From Octopus sinensis (lineage: Eukaryota): DNA of 64,000 nt. The translations under genes were made by a program, and so were the position numbers. This document shows positions 56,690 to 64,000 of the stretch, in pieces (position 1 is the stretch's first letter; each line of letters opens with the position of its first letter). The stretch lies in contig NW_021833235.1 of assembly GCF_006345805.1 (NCBI RefSeq), positions 1 through 64,000 of the forward strand. The letters run 5' to 3'. The notes below the pieces were generated by a model, which worked only from the letters and a program-made list of their open reading frames with translations, had not been told where the DNA came from and ran no database searches.

Positions 56690-57097
56690 AAGTGTATGTA
56701 TAGTACATAGGGTAATGTACAAGCGTCAGGAAAAGAACAGTGCATGAGTCATGACATACACGTATGTGTATGAGTATGGAAGGGGGACAATCAGGTGTAG
56801 TTTCAGCGGATTTCGGAAAGCATGAGGGCCTTAAAGGATGCAGTGTTATGGCAGTCGACAACTGACGCAGGCTGTTTGTTCCATGCTTCAGCAACTCTGA
56901 GCGTGAAAAAATGTTTCCGAAAGTCATGGGAGCTGTGTTGTTTTCTGACTTTGTAGGCATGTCCATGTGTGTTGGACACATGGAGATCAAAAAGGTGTTC
57001 AGTGTTGTTGTTGGTGAGGTGGTTGATAACTTTGTGGGTGCTTACCAAGTCCATTGCCAGACGTCGGAGCTTCAGTGAATCCATGCCCAGGGAATGT
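56690..57097 (-). mobile_element. CR1/L2-type LINE 3' fragment
   Basis: SLKLRRLAMDL...THGHAYKV...RKHFFTLRVAEAWNK. Confidence 0.75.
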
Positions 57098-57802
57098 ATA
57101 GTTGCAGCAGTTTGCACTGTGTCATGTGCCACATTGAAGTTTTATGGTGCCGCATAAATGGCATTTGTGTTGGTGTGACGTGCAAAGCACCCAGTACACT
57201 CTGTGACATCCAGCCCTAGAAGCCATCCCAGAATAGACAATGGAGTCTGGTGTGGACCCTGGCTTTACTAGCTCTGGTCAAGCTTTTGTGTGTCCATAAA
57301 GGGGTGCGTGCGGACAGACGTCTCCGAGATTCTGCTATTAAGTTCTGTCATAGATGTGGTTCGGAGGGGAGATAACTAGAACCGCTCAGTAAATCGTCAG
57401 CATGGCCCAAGGGGAGATAATTGAGTGCTACTCAACAACTGCAACAAAATATTATTTCCATCGTAGAATTTAATCTACAGCATAGATCCGGATACTAAAT
57501 CGATAATGCTGGTGATGATAGTGATACATAATGTCGATATTATATAATTTTTGTGTTATTGATAATGTCGAGTGAACGATATATTGCTCAGGGGAGGCCA
57601 CTCTGTACACAGATCTTACAATTACCTCCTCGTATTTGTTGTGCGTGTGTAAGGGTTATCACTTGGTTGTTGAGTATATATACTGTTTCAATGTAGGAAT
57701 ATTCCCATATATTCAATGTATGAACAGCTAGTATATTACTTAAAGGCACACAAACTGAGATAAAATTGTGCATGTTTATATATATATATTATATATATAT
57801 AT

Positions 57803-58175
57803 ACAACTTATAAATAAGGGCAAACGAAAAAAAATTCTAATGCCAGATATGCCGAAAATTGGACATATTGTCCATTTACAATATAATTTTTTTCCAGTAC
57901 GCACGCTACTCGAAAAAAGGTCGACAGAAATCTCTAAAAAAAATTCCATTTACTTCTTTGCCACATGTATCGCTGACAAAGGGAGGGTTCTTTTTGAACT
58001 AACCCAGAAATCGGTCCGATATGGTAATAATGGAATTTTTTTTAGAGATTTCTGTCGACCTATTTTCGAGTAGTGTGCGTACTGGGAAAAAATTATATGG
58101 TAAATGGACAGTATGTCCAATTTTCGGCATATTTGGCATTAGAAAATTTTTCGTTTGCCCTTATTTATAAGTTGT
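57803..58175. repeat. Inverted repeat (about 147-bp arms) whose spacer is a decayed hammerhead (57968-58021 +)
   Basis: Arms 57803-57950 and 58029-58175. Spacer tatcg CTGACAA a ggg...ccc a GAAA tcgGTC cgata. Confidence 0.85.
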
Positions 58176-58251
58176 TTATAATTTAACCTTTAAAGGTATT
58201 TTTTAATATGCTGGCCATTGATAAAAAATTTTTTTGAAAAAATTTTATCCT

Positions 58252-58291
<40 letters not shown>

Positions 58292-58324
58292 TATATATAT
58301 ATATACACATATATACACATATTC

Positions 58325-58691
58325 AGGAGAGTATTGTAGTTCACTTGAAGCATTGTGTATTGTTTGTAAAGAATTAAAAGTTTTGAATGTTACAACAATG
58401 CACTATAATACAGACAATGGACCATAAGAACTGTTGTAATTTAGTTATCAATAGTCTATGATATTTCGGAAGAATATTCCTTCTTCAGATATTCTTAGAT
58501 AGCAGTGACTCCATCTGAGAATATCTGAAGAAGGAATTTTATTCCAAAATATCATATCAGACTATGGATGACTAAATTACAACAGTTCTTATGGTCCATT
58601 GTCTGTATTATAGTGCATTGTTGTACCATTCAAAACTTTTTATTCTTTGCAAACAATACACAATGCTTCAAGTGAACTACAATACTCTCCT
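58325..58691. repeat. Inverted repeat (about 176-bp arms, 12-nt loop) with hammerhead motifs near the centre
   Basis: The minus strand of the left arm reads tat CTGAAGA a ggaa tattc ttcc GAAA tatc ata. The + strand copy has GAAA changed to AAAA. Confidence 0.88.
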
Positions 58692-59089
58692 ATATATAAA
58701 TAGATGAGTGTATTTTTACCTTGTTAACAATTAACACGGGAAAAAAAAAAATAGTTACCAGGGTAGCAAAAATCTCACAAGTAAAGAAGCCCATCGTATA
58801 TATGTGTATATATATATATTTGTATGTGTGTGTGTGTATATGTTTGTGTGTCTGTGTTTGTCCCCCAACATCGCTTGAGAACCGATGCTGGTGTGTTTAC
58901 ATCCCACGTAACTTAGCAGTTCGGCAAAAAGAGACTGATAGAATAAGTACTAGGCTTACAAAGAATAAATCCTGGGGTTGATTTGCTCGACCAAAGGCAG
59001 TGCTCCAGCATGGCCACAGTCAAATGACTGAAAACAAGTAAAGAATAGTAGGTGTCTTTTGGCAGATTTCTTCCATATTATAACCGTAA

Positions 59090-60501
<1,412 letters not shown>

Positions 60502-60993
60502 AAGTCGGAAGGTAAGCAACTACAAATCGGCATGAACTTTCCGGACGATCCAATATAATTAAATTTATGCATTGTCATTCTCATCAGTGTGAGGAATCTC
60601 TTGAACATCAAGGAAGTTTAATAAGATGAAATAGAATAAAATGAAATAAGATTCAATAAGAGAACACAGATGGGGCAGTAAGGGAAAAATCAGTTAGTTT
60701 GCAAACCAAGTTGTGAAAGGGTAAAAGTAATCATAATAACAATAATGGTAGTGAGAGAGACGAAAAAGAAAGACATATCAATGTGTCTATATGCAAGTCT
60801 GTATGTGCAGTAAAACTATAGCATAAGAATCTAATGGATATGTTTAAAAAAAATTGTAATAGGTCGAGATGAAATACAATGTAAAGATGGTCATGTGTGC
60901 CTAGGAGAGTACAACGTAACAATTTCACTAGCAGGAAAAAACCTTATAGAGTTATACGTATACATAGTAATATTGAAAAATGGAAAAAAAAAA

Positions 60994-61028
<35 letters not shown>

Positions 61029-61205
61029 TGTATATATATATATGTATATATATATGTATATATATATGTATATATATATATGTATATATATATGTATATA
61101 TATATGTATATATGTATATATATATGTATATATTATGTATATATATGTATATATATGTATATATATATGTATATGTATATATGTATATATATATGTATAT
61201 GTATA

Positions 61206-61254
<49 letters not shown>

Positions 61255-61755
61255 ATGTTGTGTGTCTGTGTTTGTCCCCCTAGCATTGCTTGACAACCGA
61301 TGCTGGTGTGTTTATGTCCCCGTCACTTAGCGGTTCTGCAAAAGAGACTGATAGAATAAGTACTGGGGTTGATTTGCTCAACTAAATCGGTGCTCCAGCA
61401 TGGCCGCAGTCAAATGACTGAAACAAGTAAAAGAGTAAAAAGAGAAAGAGTATATATATGTGGAGGCGCAATGGTCCAGTGGTTAGGGCAGCGGATTCGC
61501 GGTTGTAGGATCGCGGTTTCGATTCCCAGACCGGGTGTTGTGAGTGTTTATTGAGCAAAAACACCTAAAGCTCCACGAGTCTCCGCCAGAGGGGTGGTGG
61601 TGATCCCTGCTGTACTCTTTCGCCACATCTTTCTCTCACTCTTTCTTCTGTTGGCCTGCTCACTTAGCCAGTGGGGTGACATCATTTGAAGGCTAAATCA
61701 ATACAAAGCGCATTGTGACCAGCGATGTTTAGCAACATCTGATAGCCTGGTTGGT

Positions 61756-61786
<31 letters not shown>

Positions 61787-63609
61787 ACCAGAAGTTGAGA
61801 GACAATACTGTTTGAGAATGATTGAATTTATAAGTAGAAAATGTGTATGCCGTTAGAGGCAAAAACAAAAAGATTTTTTCAGAGAGACAACGATCAAAGA
61901 CAGGGTAGGCCGGTGTGTTCGCTAGGAGTTCCCCTACTCAAAAAATAGCCTGGGGTAGGAGAGACATTTGAAAAAGAATAGGAAACGAAAACGAGTATAT
62001 GAAGGAGAAAATTATTATTAGCAGGAGTGGCTGTGTGGTAAGTAGCTTGCTAACCAACCACATGGTTCCGGGTTCAGTCCCACTGCGTGGCATCTTGGGC
62101 AAGTGTCTTCTGCTATAGCCCCGAGCTGACCAATGCCTTGTGAGTGGATTTAGTAGACGGAAACTGAAAGAAGCCTGTCGTATATATGTATGTATGTGTA
62201 TGTATATGTTTGTGTCTGTGTTTGTCCCCCTGGCATTGCTTGACAACTGATGCTGGTGAGCTTACGTCCCCGTCACTTAGCGGTTCGGGAAAAAGAGACC
62301 GATAGAATAAGTTCTGGGCTTACAAAGAATAAGTCCCGGGGTCGATTTGCTTGACTAAAGGCGGTGCTCCAGCATGGCCGCAGTCAAATGACTGAAACAT
62401 GTAAAAGAGTAAGGAAAAAAAGAAACCACGTATACAGAGTTTGGTTTTTTTATTGTTGTAGTTGTTCAGGTGTTCTTGAACCTATCATTGATGCTCCTAG
62501 ATGTCTCACCAATATAGCACGCTGGGCGAAATGCGTAGCCGTATTTCGTCTGCCGTTACATTCTGAGTTCAAATTCCGCTGAGGTTGACTTTGCCTTTCA
62601 TCCTTTCAGGGTCGATAAATTAAGTACCAGTTGCATACTGGGGTTGATGTAATAGACTTAATCCCTTTGTCTGTCCTTGTTTGTCCTCTCTATGTTTAGC
62701 CCCTTGATGGCAATAAAGAAATAAATATAGGACTCTGGGAGAACCATGCGAGTCCCTTCCTGGCACTTAATTTGGTATGCACCTGTCTGAACAGGTGTAA
62801 CATGGCGTCGGATGTTGAAGTGATCGCAGAGCAAAGTGAGATGAAGCGATTTGCTCAAGAAACACTATCCGGTCCATACACGCACATACACGTATATACA
62901 GACACGCACACATATTCACCTGTTGAAAGAGCCATTACTTCGCTTACAAAATGACTGGAGATGTTCATATTGAGATTTACTGTCTTTGAGAGTTGCCTCC
63001 CCTGCAGCTTTTAATCTTTTCAGTTTTTTTTCTTTTTTCTTTTACACTTCCTTTTATTATCATCACTATATAGATTCTCTCTCTCTCACATGCACACTCA
63101 CGGTTGCGTGATAAAGTAGTTTGATGTTACTAAACCATGTGGTTTGGGGTTCGGTCCCACTGCGATGCATGTTAGACCAACAAATGGCTTGAGAGTGAAA
63201 TTTGGTAGACGGAAACTACAAACCACTTTTGTGTGTTTGTATATATGTTTTTGTATGTGTCTGTTTACCTGTCTGTGTCTGTCTGTCTGTCTCTCTGTCT
63301 GTCTGTCTGTGTGTCTGTCTGTCACGCACACACAGATTTCTTTCAGTTTCCATCTACCACACCCACTCACAAAGCTTTGATCAGCCCAAGGTGACACGCA
63401 GTGGGACCGAACCCAGAACCATGTGTTTGGAAGCAAACTTCTTGCCACACCTGTACCTATGTAATTGCTAAGAGTTCCTGTAAGGCGACCACTATGCCTA
63501 CTACTACTACTTCCACTTTCATTATTTCCCTCACAACCAATCCCACCATGACCACCACCACCACCTCTATCACCATCACTAATTCTGTCTCTGTTTTCTT
63601 CATCAACAG

Positions 63610-63990
63610 GTCATCAACTGGCAAGAACATCTTCATGTTCCCTTCAAGAAGCTCTCGTCGGCCTCCACTGATCTCATGCTTTCTCTCCTGTCCGATCCCA
63701 GCCAGCGGCTCGGCCGGAACGGTGCCGACGAGATCAAGCACCATGCCTTCTTCGACGGCCTCTCGTTCAACGGACTACGACAGCAGCCAGCGCCGTACGC
63801 TCCGACCATCTTGTACCCCACCGACACGTCGAACTTCGACCCCGTCGACCTCGACAAGCTGCAGAAGGACAACAACGATGGCCACCACAGCCAGCTGCCG
63901 CCGGAGCACGGCTTCTTTGAGTTTACGTTCCGGCGCTTCTTCGATGATGGCGGTCATCCGTATCCTGATAGGAGCACTGTGTTTGTCTGA
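63610..63990 (+). CDS. LATS1: LATS kinase terminal coding exon: subdomain XI and AGC C-terminal tail with hydrophobic motif
   Basis: ttttcttcatcaacag|GTC. Translates VINWQEHLH...RLGRNGADEIKHH...PTDTSNFDPVD...EHGFFEFTFRRFFDDGG...STVFV, stop TGA 63988-63990. Confidence 0.96.
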   Translation, partial: VINWQEHLHVPFKKLSSASTDLMLSLLSDPSQRLGRNGADEIKHHAFFDGLSFNGLRQQPAPYAPTILYPTDTSNFDPVDLDKLQKDNNDGHHSQLPPEHGFFEFTFRRFFDDGGHPYPDRSTVFV

Positions 63991-64000
63991 GGAGGACAAA

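Overview
Eukaryotic, repeat-dense DNA, most likely from an Octopus (coleoid cephalopod) genome, judged from the tRNA-derived SINE families, (TA)n/(CA)n microsatellites and TTAGGG repeats. The only host protein-coding gene I can support is a + strand LATS/Warts (Hippo pathway) kinase. Its five exons were reconstructed by hand (30682-30781, 35822-39277, 53404-53577, 59253-59359, 63610-63990); all are GT-AG and phase-compatible, giving 1403 aa from ATG 30688, and the true 5' end is uncertain. The rest is nested transposon debris: RTE, CR1, L1/Tx1 and R4-type LINEs, Penelope-like elements, mariner, maT, a Chapaev-like element, hAT and TTAA MITEs, a Helitron and three SINE families. The most notable unannotated signal is about 13 hammerhead-ribozyme motifs, many inside long inverted repeats. 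One family carries a compensatory G3:C8 core swap, with a copy inside a near-perfect 2x147-bp palindrome 75 nt downstream of the activation-loop exon. Other observations: a strong SINE orientation bias in the LATS introns, a 147-bp target-site duplication, locally templated insertions, an interstitial telomeric insertion and a candidate divergent TCT promoter. All calls were made by eye; no database search was run.
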